DNA of 64,000 nucleotides from a virus: positions 4,222 to 68,221 of IMG/VR virus record IMGVR_UViG_3300022542_000792; one strand, written 5' to 3'. Shown here piece by piece: positions 38,821 to 49,522 of this stretch; positions within the stretch are counted from its first letter, which is position 1; every line of letters begins with the position of its first letter. The position numbers were made by a program, and so were the translations under genes. The notes below the pieces were generated by a model, which was given only the letters and a program-made list of their open reading frames with translations, was not told where the DNA came from and made no database searches.

Positions 38821-39278
38821 TTGAAAATCTCTCTTTCTGTCATAATACGGAACGTTATACCGTATTTATCACAGAAAAGCTTGGCGCTTTGCCATTTTGC
38901 AATATTTATTGCATAAGCGATATCTTCATACAATTTTGTTTTAGGGTTTTTACTACGAGTTCTGCGAGTTTGTTGTAATGGTTTGACCTCAATTATTTCT
39001 TGTTTAAGGTTACCCTCCGCATCTTTATATTCAATCCAGTAGTCAGGAAAGTAACGATGCACTCGTCCAGTTGTTGGCTTTACATATGGAATAGCAATCT
39101 CTTCAGATGACCAACGAAGAATGTTTGGATTGTTATCAAGGAAATGATTAAAGTTTAATTCCCAAGAAGACATATAACGAATCTTTGTAACATCACCAGT
39201 ATACTTTTCAGGGTTTTTTGGTGTATAGTATCCTTGCTTGAATCTTGATTTTTTATTGATTGTTTTAGCTAAGCTCAT
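38817..39278 (-). CDS. Head completion nuclease (T4 gp4-like, TnsA fold)
   Basis: PKNPEKY.GD, SSWE, WSSE..IPY, HRYFPD and IEVKP motifs. Confidence 0.9.
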   Translation of the reverse strand: MSLAKTINKKSRFKQGYYTPKNPEKYTGDVTKIRYMSSWELNFNHFLDNNPNILRWSSEEIAIPYVKPTTGRVHRYFPDYWIEYKDAEGNLKQEIIEVKPLQQTRRTRSKNPKTKLYEDIAYAINIAKWQSAKLFCDKYGITFRIMTEREIFK

Positions 39279-39280
39279 AA

Positions 39281-40543
39281 TTATAATTGTGGGGAACTTT
39301 CATAAAAGTCATCACTATATCCTGTGGTAGTATTTGGATCATTAGAATCATCACTAGCGTAACGAAGGGGCCAATTACCACCTTTTGTAAGTTCACTAAG
39401 ATTAACTTGTCCGATACTTGGATTGGTAGGTTCATTTGGTTCAATGTATAATCCATCGTAACTAAATTGCAACCCAATTTCATTACCTTCCCCAGATTCA
39501 GCCATACTCAATTCATCCATTTGTAATTCTAAAATTTTAGGATTGAAGAAGTGGTAACTGTTCATCAACCGACCACCATCAAAAACATGAAACAATGTAA
39601 TTTCTCGTAACACTGTTTTTTGATTTTCAAGAAGAGGACCTGCAGATGCTGAATAATTGTGTGTTGGAGTTCCAAGTGCAGCGTGTTGGTTTAATTGATC
39701 AAAATTCATACCACCACCATCAAATTGTTCAATCTGTTCTCTTGTCATATTTGAAATAGGACTCATTGCTCTAAGATAAGAATTATAAAAATGCATAGCT
39801 TCATTCGTCAGATCGTCATAGAATCGCATACCGATAGGATTATAAGTTGACTTTTTGATAACCTTTGTCTTGAAGTTGTATAAATTAATATCATCATATT
39901 CAAATTGAATTGTTGGACGATCTGACTGTTTGATTACAAACGCAAAATGTTTGAATCGATCTGACATTGCTACATATGGTTCACTAAATGTAAATTGGAC
40001 AACGAATAAGAATTTACTTTTTGGTGCCCGAGCAATCAAATCCATTGCATATGGAGATGCGTGACATACTTTAAAATCTGGGGCTTTATTTGCATCTGGG
40101 GATGTAAATAATTTATCTGTAAATGTTTTTAAATTTGATAAATCTGCTACAGCATCAGGAAGGTCAGAAATATCATTATAATTACCACCTTTAACTTTTT
40201 CCCAAACTTGTTTAGCAGAACTAATTCCTCTATTAACTACACCTGGATTTAAAGAGGCGTTTGTACGAGCGGCAGATGGATTAATTCCCGTCTCTCCCAA
40301 AACAAAATCGGCACCAAGATCATCAGAACTTCCTAGTGGTAGTGGACCATTTCCACCCAATCCAATAATGTTGGATGTACTAACTAATGCACGAAGACCA
40401 TCACCAACTGATCCAGTTCCTTCAATCCCACCAAGAAAACTTGCACCTTCAAAAAATGACTTCTTTGATGATGTGTTTTGTATGTGTGAATTGATATCTG
40501 CTGAACAATTTTTGACTAAGAATTTTCTTGGATCTACCGCCAC
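39281..40543 (-). CDS. Tail-tube-like baseplate/tube initiator protein
   Basis: C-terminal half has gp19-like pattern (DRPTIQF..YN..Y.PI.MRFYDD..FSYD); adjacent to tube gene. Confidence 0.6.
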   Translation of the reverse strand: MAVDPRKFLVKNCSADINSHIQNTSSKKSFFEGASFLGGIEGTGSVGDGLRALVSTSNIIGLGGNGPLPLGSSDDLGADFVLGETGINPSAARTNASLNPGVVNRGISSAKQVWEKVKGGNYNDISDLPDAVADLSNLKTFTDKLFTSPDANKAPDFKVCHASPYAMDLIARAPKSKFLFVVQFTFSEPYVAMSDRFKHFAFVIKQSDRPTIQFEYDDINLYNFKTKVIKKSTYNPIGMRFYDDLTNEAMHFYNSYLRAMSPISNMTREQIEQFDGGGMNFDQLNQHAALGTPTHNYSASAGPLLENQKTVLREITLFHVFDGGRLMNSYHFFNPKILELQMDELSMAESGEGNEIGLQFSYDGLYIEPNEPTNPSIGQVNLSELTKGGNWPLRYASDDSNDPNTTTGYSDDFYESSPQL

Positions 40544-40679
40544 AGGTTACTCCCTAAATTATGGTTTAAAAGTATTTATGACAATCGTACAGGCAAAAAG
40601 AAAGGGTTCATCCTTGAACCCTTCCAAATACCACATCCCTGTGCTATACATCCTTGTATTATCTTCCTTAATTACTATG

Positions 40680-41264
40680 TCACGCGCCTGCGCCACCTGT
40701 AGCAACACCTTCACCTTGAGCATATCCACCAATATCTTGGCGAGCATGGTCATAACGAATTGTTGCAATAATCTGAACCGCTTCACTTGCTGCGAAATCC
40801 AAATCTGTATAATCAACATTCTGAATCCAGCAACCTTCCATTGTCCATTTTTCAACGACTTGCTCATTACCATCAAGAAGGTCAAGATATGTAACGAACT
40901 TGTAAAGTCCACCCTCACCTGCAGATGCTAACCACTGTCCTTCAGCGCCAATCAAATATTGTTGCTTCTGAAGTTGTGCTTGAACTACTGCAGAAGCAGT
41001 ACCTGTAACATCATCTTCAAGAGTTAATGTGACAGGCTCAAAGTTGTGTTTGCCAGCAATCCAAGCTCTTGAATTATAACGGTCAAGTTGAACTTCTTCA
41101 AAATTCAACGATGGACGTGTAATTGTAATTGCCTGCATTGATACTGGTTGTGAATCTGCACCACCTCCCAAGTTAGCGAATGTTACACGCCATTTGTTCT
41201 TGAGCTTTGGCTGCAAGATTCCTGAGCCAACGCCTGGGATTCCGATGTCATTAATAGTTGCCAT
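40680..41264 (-). CDS. Tail tube protein (gp19-like)
   Basis: RPSLNFEEV..AGKH.FEPVTLTLEDD..W.MEGCW..YTDLD..TIRYD; follows sheath. Confidence 0.85.
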   Translation of the reverse strand: MATINDIGIPGVGSGILQPKLKNKWRVTFANLGGGADSQPVSMQAITITRPSLNFEEVQLDRYNSRAWIAGKHNFEPVTLTLEDDVTGTASAVVQAQLQKQQYLIGAEGQWLASAGEGGLYKFVTYLDLLDGNEQVVEKWTMEGCWIQNVDYTDLDFAASEAVQIIATIRYDHARQDIGGYAQGEGVATGGAGA

Positions 41265-41320
41265 GTTTTTCCTTCCCTTTTCTGCTATTTAACCTATTTA
41301 TACTAAATTCTACTTAACCA

Positions 41321-43432
41321 TTAAATCTCAGCGCCTGATGCAACAACGCGTATTGGTACGTAGATAAATTCAGCTGCTTTGACTGGCTTAATAGCCACAT
41401 CAATATACATTTCGTTTCTGTCTATACGGTCAGGTGTGTTATTTGATTCATCACAAACTGTTGCGAAATCATATAAACCACGTTTAACCACTATGTCTCC
41501 CAAGAATCCATCAACGACAGCTTTAAGATTGTCACGGGTTAATTGGTCATTTGGTTCGAATACGAATGCAAGTGTATTTTTACGCAATTGACGCTTAATG
41601 TACATTACAAGACGTGAAACATTTACACGGTCAAGAGCACTTGCGTCAGATGCTGATGTCTTCTGTCCCCAGATAAGAATACCACGACCAGGGAAGAATG
41701 CAATCGGATTAACGTTTGTGAAGTATTTGTATAAATCATCACGTTGACCTTGATTAACATGCAATGCATTAAATGTTGTTGCAGTTCCAAGTTCACCTGA
41801 AACATAACCAACATCAGTAAGACCAGTAACAAGACCACGACGTGTTCCTGCTGGTGCAAACCATAATTGACTTACTTCATCACTAAATGCATATGTGCGA
41901 AGTGCTGTTCCACTTGCTGCAATGAATACATTCTTTCCATCAATATTTGATGCAAGTCCATGAGGATAGTAATAAGCAACATTTGTAGATGATTGACGAG
42001 CTGGTGTTCCAGCCCATGCAACTACTTCAGATGCTGTCATATCCATTGGCGTATCTGCGATAACAAATGCTTCACCACTAATATCAGCAGAAAGTGCTAA
42101 CATTTCATCAACTACTTCATGATATCCAGGGCAAAGAATTAAATTAAATTCAAAGTTTTCAGAACGTACTTCTGTATTAGCATTCATTGTTCCTTGAAGT
42201 GCTGTAACTATTGCTGCACGACGTGCAGTATCATTAGCACCAAGGCTTGTAAGATTTCTAAACTCAGCAGTAAACTTAAAGTTGTCTGCTGCATTAGTAA
42301 GAGATGTTGTAGCTTCTGCAGGAGACCATTCTGTAGGGGTTGGACTTCCACTACCACCAGCAACCCAAGCTGCTACATCACCTTCAAAACCAAGATATGT
42401 ACCAGTAGCTGCTTGTGAATAACCATTTCCATAAACTGGAAGAGCAACATCAATTGTAACACCGTTAACTGGAAGTGAAAATGAAACAAAACCATTTAAG
42501 TTTGCGAATAATGCTGTAGCTCCTGATCCGTCTGTAATACTGATTGTTGAAGCAGCACCTTCTAATGTACTTGTAATTACAATATTATCAGCTTGTGGAG
42601 AGCCACCTGGAGTTAAAGATGCAACTGCACCTGTAAGGTCAGTGTTTATTGCTGCCAATAAAGCTGTCCAAGTTGTTGCATCTGATCCAGAGAAGGAAAT
42701 ATTATTTACCGTACCATCAACTGTAACCGTAGCTGTATAAGTAGTACCACCAACAAGGCCAGGATCAGCACCAACATCAGTAATGCTGTTACCCATATCA
42801 ACGACTTGGATACCACTTGTGCTTGCAGCAGGAATACCATTATCATCAAAGAAGTCTGTTTCAAGACCTGAGAAAGTTGCTAAGTCCCAAATATCTGTTG
42901 TTGCATCATTAGCAAGAGAAACTATCTCTGCTGCTGTTACTGTTGTTCTGAAACCAGGATCGGTTGTAACAAAACCATTTGTATTATTGTATTCGTCAAG
43001 TAATGCTTGTGCAAGAATTGCAATAGTTGTTCCTGCAGTAACAATTTTGGAATCCCATCGGGTACGTAATGTTACAGTGTCATCATCAAGATTGACATTT
43101 GCACGGACTACATAAGCTCTATTACCTAAACCAAGGAATTGGTTTAATCCAAATAGGCCGTATTCATTTCTTGCATCACCGTGTTGAGCATTTCCACTAG
43201 AATCTTCAAGGAAGCTTGGAACACCATATAATTCAAGACTCTGTTTCAGAGACGTTACTGTGCGAACAACATCGTGTTCATATGTGCCAGCAGCAGGTGT
43301 AGTTCCATCAATTTGAACTTTTTCATCAGCTGTTGCAACAAAAATTAGAGGGACAGTGGATGCGGCCGCTGGGATGAAGAAACTTTCATCTGTTACCGTT
43401 ACACTTACACCTGGACTTACTAATGTAGCCAT
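41321..43432 (-). CDS. Contractile tail sheath protein (gp18-like)
   Basis: LVSPGVSV, WFAPAGTRRG, WGQKT, DRVNVSRL, FEPND and PVKAAEFIY motifs. Confidence 0.95.
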   Translation of the reverse strand: MATLVSPGVSVTVTDESFFIPAAASTVPLIFVATADEKVQIDGTTPAAGTYEHDVVRTVTSLKQSLELYGVPSFLEDSSGNAQHGDARNEYGLFGLNQFLGLGNRAYVVRANVNLDDDTVTLRTRWDSKIVTAGTTIAILAQALLDEYNNTNGFVTTDPGFRTTVTAAEIVSLANDATTDIWDLATFSGLETDFFDDNGIPAASTSGIQVVDMGNSITDVGADPGLVGGTTYTATVTVDGTVNNISFSGSDATTWTALLAAINTDLTGAVASLTPGGSPQADNIVITSTLEGAASTISITDGSGATALFANLNGFVSFSLPVNGVTIDVALPVYGNGYSQAATGTYLGFEGDVAAWVAGGSGSPTPTEWSPAEATTSLTNAADNFKFTAEFRNLTSLGANDTARRAAIVTALQGTMNANTEVRSENFEFNLILCPGYHEVVDEMLALSADISGEAFVIADTPMDMTASEVVAWAGTPARQSSTNVAYYYPHGLASNIDGKNVFIAASGTALRTYAFSDEVSQLWFAPAGTRRGLVTGLTDVGYVSGELGTATTFNALHVNQGQRDDLYKYFTNVNPIAFFPGRGILIWGQKTSASDASALDRVNVSRLVMYIKRQLRKNTLAFVFEPNDQLTRDNLKAVVDGFLGDIVVKRGLYDFATVCDESNNTPDRIDRNEMYIDVAIKPVKAAEFIYVPIRVVASGAEI

Positions 43433-43501
43433 TCTTTTATCTCCTTAACCATTTTAATCTTTATCTTTGGGTCTGTCATTATTTATGTGATGTCACTAAG
43501 T

Positions 43502-44266
43502 TTATGGTAAATTTATGTCATCTAAACTGAACCAGTTCTCATAATCTATCCCTTGCTCATTGAGTTCATCAATCATTTCCTGATTTGTCAATGAGTCCTG
43601 ACTGACTGCTCCAACGCGGACATATATGTCTTTGATGTAGTCATCTCGGAGATTTGCTGGTGCCGAGATATACACAGGAAAGTTGAATGATAATGTAGAA
43701 ATTATCATTCTTCGGTCAGTTCCAGTAGGATAACTCTGGTCAAAATTGATTCCATCCAATTCAACTGTTGTTAATTTTGTCCAGTCAAAAATACCATCAC
43801 TGGTTTGAATTTGCACCGTTGGGTCAAAAATCATTAATATTTGTTCTAAAATTTGAAAGTGTTGGTCAGAGTTACTTGCATAAATTGCCACTTCTGCTTG
43901 CATCCTATATGGAATTGGCATATACTGATGAACTGTTTTGATACCATCAGGAAATACTTCACCTCTTGGTAAGTATGATTGACGACGAGTTTGGCCTATC
44001 CCTTTTCTTAATTCAGGAGCAAGTTGAAAATTGTTTAAATATGCACTCAGCATAGGCAGACGCAATGGTTTATTTTGCGTGTTATCACCAATGATATGCG
44101 CTACAACTCTGTCCTTATTCCCATACTGGATAGGTACCGTTATTAACTGTTCTTCATCAGAATCAGCGTTTTTTCCAATGCTTGCTTGCAGTCCAGCAAA
44201 GATAGCCATAAATTGTGTTAGGTGTTTTTTGCACTGTTGGTTGTAATAAAAGTTTGCAATTGCCAT
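43502..44266 (-). CDS. Tail terminator/sheath stabiliser (gp15-like)
   Basis: FYNQQ..QF..IF, VPIQYG, PIPY..QILEQIL..F.P pattern; between neck and sheath. Confidence 0.8.
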   Translation of the reverse strand: MAIANFYYNQQCKKHLTQFMAIFAGLQASIGKNADSDEEQLITVPIQYGNKDRVVAHIIGDNTQNKPLRLPMLSAYLNNFQLAPELRKGIGQTRRQSYLPRGEVFPDGIKTVHQYMPIPYRMQAEVAIYASNSDQHFQILEQILMIFDPTVQIQTSDGIFDWTKLTTVELDGINFDQSYPTGTDRRMIISTLSFNFPVYISAPANLRDDYIKDIYVRVGAVSQDSLTNQEMIDELNEQGIDYENWFSLDDINLP

Positions 44267-44275
44267 AATTTATCC

Positions 44276-45829
44276 TCAAATATCTTCTGAAGGTGTTTTA
44301 GTTGTTGATGATAAGAATTGTTGTAAAATTGGTTTAGTTTGGTTATACTGTTCTCTCTTATCTGTTTCAAGATAGACCCAACGATTTTTAGCAGTTGAAT
44401 ATCTATATAATCTTGGTGGAATATCTTCAGCCAATCCGGTGTATGTTAATCTATGATAATCACCCTCTGCAAATGTTTCAGGGAATGAATCACCTTCAGT
44501 ATATGCTTCATCATTAGGTGGTAGACCATCTTCAACATATAATCCTTTTGAATTTAATCCGATTTTGCTTAAATTCGGTACTCCTTGGTCAGCAGCAGAT
44601 TGGAGTTCTTCGGCAGAAAATTCTTGAACATCAAGTGGGTCACTACCACGTTCAGCTAAATCCGTTGATGCTTCTGCTTCAATTGATTGACTAACATTAG
44701 AAATATCTTGGAAGATAGGATGATTTCCATCATCTATTCCAACCAATCCTGATGCATCAGGTGTTGAATTAAATCCACCAAATATGTCTTGTGTTTCTTG
44801 TGACGCCATCATTGGTTGAGCAATAATTCTTTGCATCGTTGGTTGCCATCCAGGTGTATACCCTTCTGTACTCCAACCTACATCTGTTACTTCAAGGAAC
44901 TTCTTAATTGGTTCCATTGTTGCCGAGTATTGAGTTTCACTTGGAACTTCAAAAATATCACCAATAACAATTGGTCGGCCAAGTGCTGTGACAACTGCAT
45001 TAAAACTCATATGCATATAATATTGTTGATTTGGAAGTTCAATACCAAATCTTGAAAGTTCAGTTTGTATATCAATTAAATCATATGTGCCTTTAATCGT
45101 AGTACTTTCTGAAGCGTACTCTCTGTCTCTATTTTCTAAAAATATATCATCTTGAATATCGTCAATAGATGTTTCATCATAATCCATTAACTGTAATGCT
45201 TGGATAATCCAACGGTCACTAACACCACCATTAAAATCAATTGGACGAAGTCTCCAAAAACGAGATGGTACAGAATGTTTAAAATGTATAACATTTAAGT
45301 TATCGTCATCTGGAAGGGTAAGAATAGAAACACCATACCAAGTTATTCCGTCTTTAGACCGTTCTACACGAACACGTGTCGCTCTGTTTTCAGAGTTAGG
45401 ACCTTGCATAATTTTAATCGTTGCAATGTTATGGTTTATAGATGTATCAATACCATAACGCTGACGTTCATTTTCAAGTTTGATTTCGCCAAAGTCATAA
45501 CCAATATAAGATGTTAATGGAACATTACTTCCAGTTTGTGAAGAACGCCATTGTGTAACGAATGCATCAAAAGCTTGGCTCGCAGGAAAGTTGGAAGCAT
45601 TGCCTCCTGCGATTGGAGTACCATTTCCAACTAAGTCAACAAGTTGTCCTTGTTCGTGTACACCTAAAAGTTTGAAAACGTGAATGTCAGCGGCACCGAT
45701 GTTGAGATTTTCCTCAACGACACCATCAATAAAACAAGAATCATTATTTTGTGTTAATTGAAACGGAGAGCAAGAATTGTCCCTTGTTTCAAGACATTTG
45801 GTTCCATCTGGTTTATCTTCGCAACTCAT
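44276..45829 (-). CDS. Neck protein (gp14-like) with inserted discoidin/F5-8-like domain
   Basis: IQD..FLENRDREY, LSRFG, GDIFEVP; insert AFD..W..YDFG..S.DG..W..RFWRL. Confidence 0.65.
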   Translation of the reverse strand: MSCEDKPDGTKCLETRDNSCSPFQLTQNNDSCFIDGVVEENLNIGAADIHVFKLLGVHEQGQLVDLVGNGTPIAGGNASNFPASQAFDAFVTQWRSSQTGSNVPLTSYIGYDFGEIKLENERQRYGIDTSINHNIATIKIMQGPNSENRATRVRVERSKDGITWYGVSILTLPDDDNLNVIHFKHSVPSRFWRLRPIDFNGGVSDRWIIQALQLMDYDETSIDDIQDDIFLENRDREYASESTTIKGTYDLIDIQTELSRFGIELPNQQYYMHMSFNAVVTALGRPIVIGDIFEVPSETQYSATMEPIKKFLEVTDVGWSTEGYTPGWQPTMQRIIAQPMMASQETQDIFGGFNSTPDASGLVGIDDGNHPIFQDISNVSQSIEAEASTDLAERGSDPLDVQEFSAEELQSAADQGVPNLSKIGLNSKGLYVEDGLPPNDEAYTEGDSFPETFAEGDYHRLTYTGLAEDIPPRLYRYSTAKNRWVYLETDKREQYNQTKPILQQFLSSTTKTPSEDI

Positions 45830-45841
45830 TAATATATCCTA

Positions 45842-46084
45842 TTAATCTTCTACAGCTTTTATAATTTTTATTGCTTCAATTAAATCTTTTCGTTGTTCTA
45901 CTGCCCATTTTTGAAATTCTTTAGGATCATCTAAATGTTTATCCATTTCCTTTATACCATCAACCATACGTTGAAGAGCAGATAGAGCTATTCTCTTAAT
46001 TTGTTGCTTACCAGAAACTTTTCCTTGTAACTTTCGTTTAATATCTGATGCAATACTTTCATCAAGTACATTATTCAACTTCAT
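45842..46084 (-). CDS. Small putative internal head protein
   Basis: MKLNNVLDE leader; overlap-coupled. Confidence 0.5.
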   Translation of the reverse strand: MKLNNVLDESIASDIKRKLQGKVSGKQQIKRIALSALQRMVDGIKEMDKHLDDPKEFQKWAVEQRKDLIEAIKIIKAVED

Positions 46085-46550
46085 TTTCTTTCTCCGGTTT
46101 CGTTTCGTTTACTGTTCCATCTTCATGTTGTGGTGGTGAGTATAATGCATACAATTTTAAATCTTCTGTATCAGAAGTATTAATGACATTATGTAAAGCT
46201 CCTTCTGGAACTACAACAGCATCACCATCTGTTACTGTTGTTTCCTTACCATCAATAATCATTTTACCTTCACCTTCTTCAAAGCGAAAGAATTGGTCAC
46301 CTTCGTGAGTTTCTTCACCAATATCTTCACCAGGTTCCAAGCTCATTAATACGAGTTGAGTCATTTCAGTCGTAAACAAAACTTTTCTGAAATTATCATT
46401 TTCAATAGTATCTTGTTCAATATTGATTTGAAAACCACCACCATCTTCTTCATTCTCTGGAGAATACTCTTCTGGATTGCCAGCATCGGCATAAGCAATT
46501 CCTATATCCGAAGCAGGCATTTCTTTTAATATTTCTTTTAATAGTGACAT
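46071..46550 (-). CDS. Cupin-domain protein with acidic N-terminal extension
   Basis: QLVLMSL.PGEDIGEETH..DQFF..EEG and VVPEGALHNVINT..LYSPPQH cupin motifs. Confidence 0.85.
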   Translation of the reverse strand: MSLLKEILKEMPASDIGIAYADAGNPEEYSPENEEDGGGFQINIEQDTIENDNFRKVLFTTEMTQLVLMSLEPGEDIGEETHEGDQFFRFEEGEGKMIIDGKETTVTDGDAVVVPEGALHNVINTSDTEDLKLYALYSPPQHEDGTVNETKPEKENEVE

Positions 46551-46554
46551 TATA

Positions 46555-49428
46555 TTATCCTACAATAAAGGTTGTTGCAATTCCAAAATCTTCAACTGTA
46601 TTAACAATAAAGTTATCAAGTTGTTCATAACATTCTGCCATATCAGTTTCTGCTCTTGCAATAAGCTCACCTGCGTTAAGAGATACACCACCACCAGCAC
46701 CTGGAAGTGAAGCATATTTACCACGAATTTCAGCAAGCATAAGACGAGCTTGTGCAGATGCATATTTTTCAATCCAAGATTTAGTCCAACGATCAGTTAA
46801 TAATTCTTGTTCTGTTCTTTCAATTGACGCATCAATAAGAATTCTTTCATCATAACCAAATGTCTGATAGAAATTTAGTTGACGTGTTTGTTCATTCCAT
46901 TGGAACACTAAACGAGTAGCAAACATATCTTCCAATGTTTCAATATATGATGCAACAAGATGATAACTCAATAAATCAAATGTTCCCATTGTATATAGAT
47001 GTTGTATAACTGTCTGTCCAAAAATACCACCTTCATATGCTGTAGTTAAGAATGCAGAATTTGTTCTGTATGCAGCCATAACTGTAACAATTTTATTAAA
47101 CCCAACGGTTTTATTTGTTAATCGTAGTGATTGTTGACCTGCAGGGACATCAACAAAGAAAAATGCGCGACGATAAGCAGCAGCACTTCGTTTGCGTAAT
47201 GATTCCAATCCAGCTGTGATTGCTGTATCCAACTGATATTTTGTAAGTTCAACTTGAACAACTGGATAACCAAGCTGTGCACGAATACTATCCATTAGTT
47301 CTCGTCTTTCATCTGGAGTACCATCATCACCAACACCAATTTGTTGATATTGAGGAGTAGGATCTACCCCATCTGTTCCAGCTACATAATCTACAAGTCC
47401 AGTAAATCCAGCAAGAGAATCAAACAAATCAACATCAGTTAAAATGATTGAAGAAGTGCTACCTGTCGTAGAGCTTGTGAATAAAAGATTACCATCAGAT
47501 GTTAATTCAACAATAGCAGCGTGTACTGAAGCAACATATGCTACTCCATTCCATTCATTAAGAATTTCATTAATTGTATCATACCATAGAGAACCAGTTG
47601 CTGGTGTTAATGGTAGAGTTGTAAATAACGCTGATACCCAAGAAACACCATTCCATTGATTCAAAGCAGTATTTGTTGTATCAAACCAAAATATACCAGT
47701 CGCTGGTGTATGTGGTGCTGCAGTTGCATCTACAGGATTAAATGCTACCCAAGTACCTGGTGAACCAGCTCGTTCATACCAAATATTATTTGTTGTGTCA
47801 AACCAAACATCTCCAGTGCTAACAATAGTTGGATCTGTTAAGCTATTAATAAATGTAACAGCTACCCACATTGAACCATCCCAACGATTTAGAGTAGTTG
47901 CTATTGTATTATACCAAACATCTGCAGTCGTCATTGTTGGTGGCGATGCTGGGTCTGTTGCTTGTTGTAAGAATGTAGTAACTAAGTCCCAAGATGATGT
48001 AGTGACATCCCAAACATAAAGGTTATCTCCAACAGAATCCCACCACAACCCACAAGAGTCACGATTTGTTGGATCGTCGGCTAATGATAATACTGTTAGG
48101 TCTGTCCAAGAAGTATTTGTTACATCACGTTGTTTTAATTCTTCTGTAGTAGGATTATACCAATAATTATTTGGTGCAGGTAATGTTGGTTCTGTTGAAC
48201 TTATAGTAGCTGTTAAAGTATCCCATGACGCTCCATTCCACTGCTTAAGAACATTATTTGTTTCATCAAACCAGTATGTACCAACCGTTAAACTATTCGG
48301 ATCCACATTCCAATAAATTGCATCAACATCATTCCAACTATTGGTTTGATCATTCCACTGATGGAGGAGTAAACTTACACTATCGTACCAATATGTTCCG
48401 AATGTTGGATATGTTGGAAGTGTTGGATCAGTCGCCTGGTTCCATAAAGTTTTTTCACACCATGTGTTGCCTTCCCAAATATACGCATTTGTTTCATTGA
48501 ACCAATAATCATTTCCATCAAGAGCTGTTGGATCTTGACTATACGTTGTGAATGTTTGAGTTACCCAACTTAAAGGCGAGCCACTCCATTTTGAAAGAAT
48601 AAGTGTTGTCGGGTTGTACCAATAATCTCCAGCACTTGGAGAATTAGGAGCTGAGGATTCTACGATGACGGTTACTTCAACGTGTTGTGTTCCATCCCAT
48701 TGGAATAATTCTTCAGTAGTTGCATTCCAATAATATGCACCAGTATTAGGTGATGTTGGTCCTTGAGGAGGATTGTTGACTTTCCCAATACTCTTTGCTA
48801 TTTCTGTTACGAGTTGATCATACGATGGAGTATTTGTTCCATCAACTGTTACTGAATATTCTGTGCCATCAATATCAATAGTAAATGTATAGTCTACACC
48901 AGTTGATAAACCTGTATTATCAGTCCCTGCGACTCCTAATGTTGCTACTTGGTAACCAGCAACTGGACTTACTTCATTACCACCGACATAATCCAACGCA
49001 TAAGCGTGAACGCCTTCTATATGATAACGATAAAGTTTATCAACAGCAAAACCAGAAACATACACAGCCATTTCAGCTGTTAATCCTGTTACATCAAAAA
49101 ATGTTGTTGTTTTGTCATCATACAATGCACTAATAACAAGAGATGTACCAATTTTATCACCAGCGTGTAGATTTGAGTCACCAGTTGGGTCAGCTGTATA
49201 TACTGTTCCGTTGACTGGACTTTTGTCAGGAGAGGTGTGCGTGGTATCAAGTGTAACAATAATACCATTATATGCTTGGTCATCTGCAGAACAACCTGAC
49301 GCTGGATTTGGAATATCCCAAGATATACGACCGGATGTTGGTCCAGTTCTCGTAAATCTAATTGTTATTTCCTGACCTTCTGTGCGAATTTGAAAGGGAC
49401 TGTCAGCGGATGAATCAAATGTTCCCAT
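46555..49428 (-). CDS. Neck protein (gp13-like) with long Trp-rich repeat insertion
   Basis: C-terminal LGYPVVQVEL..W...YA.A....L..IRGKY..LPG.GG.SLN; middle has many G.(Y/L)W(Y/F)(D/N)...L..W.G..W repeats. Confidence 0.75.
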   Translation of the reverse strand: MGTFDSSADSPFQIRTEGQEITIRFTRTGPTSGRISWDIPNPASGCSADDQAYNGIIVTLDTTHTSPDKSPVNGTVYTADPTGDSNLHAGDKIGTSLVISALYDDKTTTFFDVTGLTAEMAVYVSGFAVDKLYRYHIEGVHAYALDYVGGNEVSPVAGYQVATLGVAGTDNTGLSTGVDYTFTIDIDGTEYSVTVDGTNTPSYDQLVTEIAKSIGKVNNPPQGPTSPNTGAYYWNATTEELFQWDGTQHVEVTVIVESSAPNSPSAGDYWYNPTTLILSKWSGSPLSWVTQTFTTYSQDPTALDGNDYWFNETNAYIWEGNTWCEKTLWNQATDPTLPTYPTFGTYWYDSVSLLLHQWNDQTNSWNDVDAIYWNVDPNSLTVGTYWFDETNNVLKQWNGASWDTLTATISSTEPTLPAPNNYWYNPTTEELKQRDVTNTSWTDLTVLSLADDPTNRDSCGLWWDSVGDNLYVWDVTTSSWDLVTTFLQQATDPASPPTMTTADVWYNTIATTLNRWDGSMWVAVTFINSLTDPTIVSTGDVWFDTTNNIWYERAGSPGTWVAFNPVDATAAPHTPATGIFWFDTTNTALNQWNGVSWVSALFTTLPLTPATGSLWYDTINEILNEWNGVAYVASVHAAIVELTSDGNLLFTSSTTGSTSSIILTDVDLFDSLAGFTGLVDYVAGTDGVDPTPQYQQIGVGDDGTPDERRELMDSIRAQLGYPVVQVELTKYQLDTAITAGLESLRKRSAAAYRRAFFFVDVPAGQQSLRLTNKTVGFNKIVTVMAAYRTNSAFLTTAYEGGIFGQTVIQHLYTMGTFDLLSYHLVASYIETLEDMFATRLVFQWNEQTRQLNFYQTFGYDERILIDASIERTEQELLTDRWTKSWIEKYASAQARLMLAEIRGKYASLPGAGGGVSLNAGELIARAETDMAECYEQLDNFIVNTVEDFGIATTFIVG

Positions 49429-49476
49429 AGTTTACATACTCCTATACGATTTAGAAGTATTTATGTGAGGCAAAAG

Positions 49477-49502
49477 AAAAGGGCTGTTCAACAGCCCTTT
49501 TT
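49477..49502. terminator. Intrinsic terminator
   Basis: aaaagggctgt-tca-acagccctttt. Confidence 0.75.
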
Positions 49503-49522
49503 AGAGTGATAAAATAAGAAGG

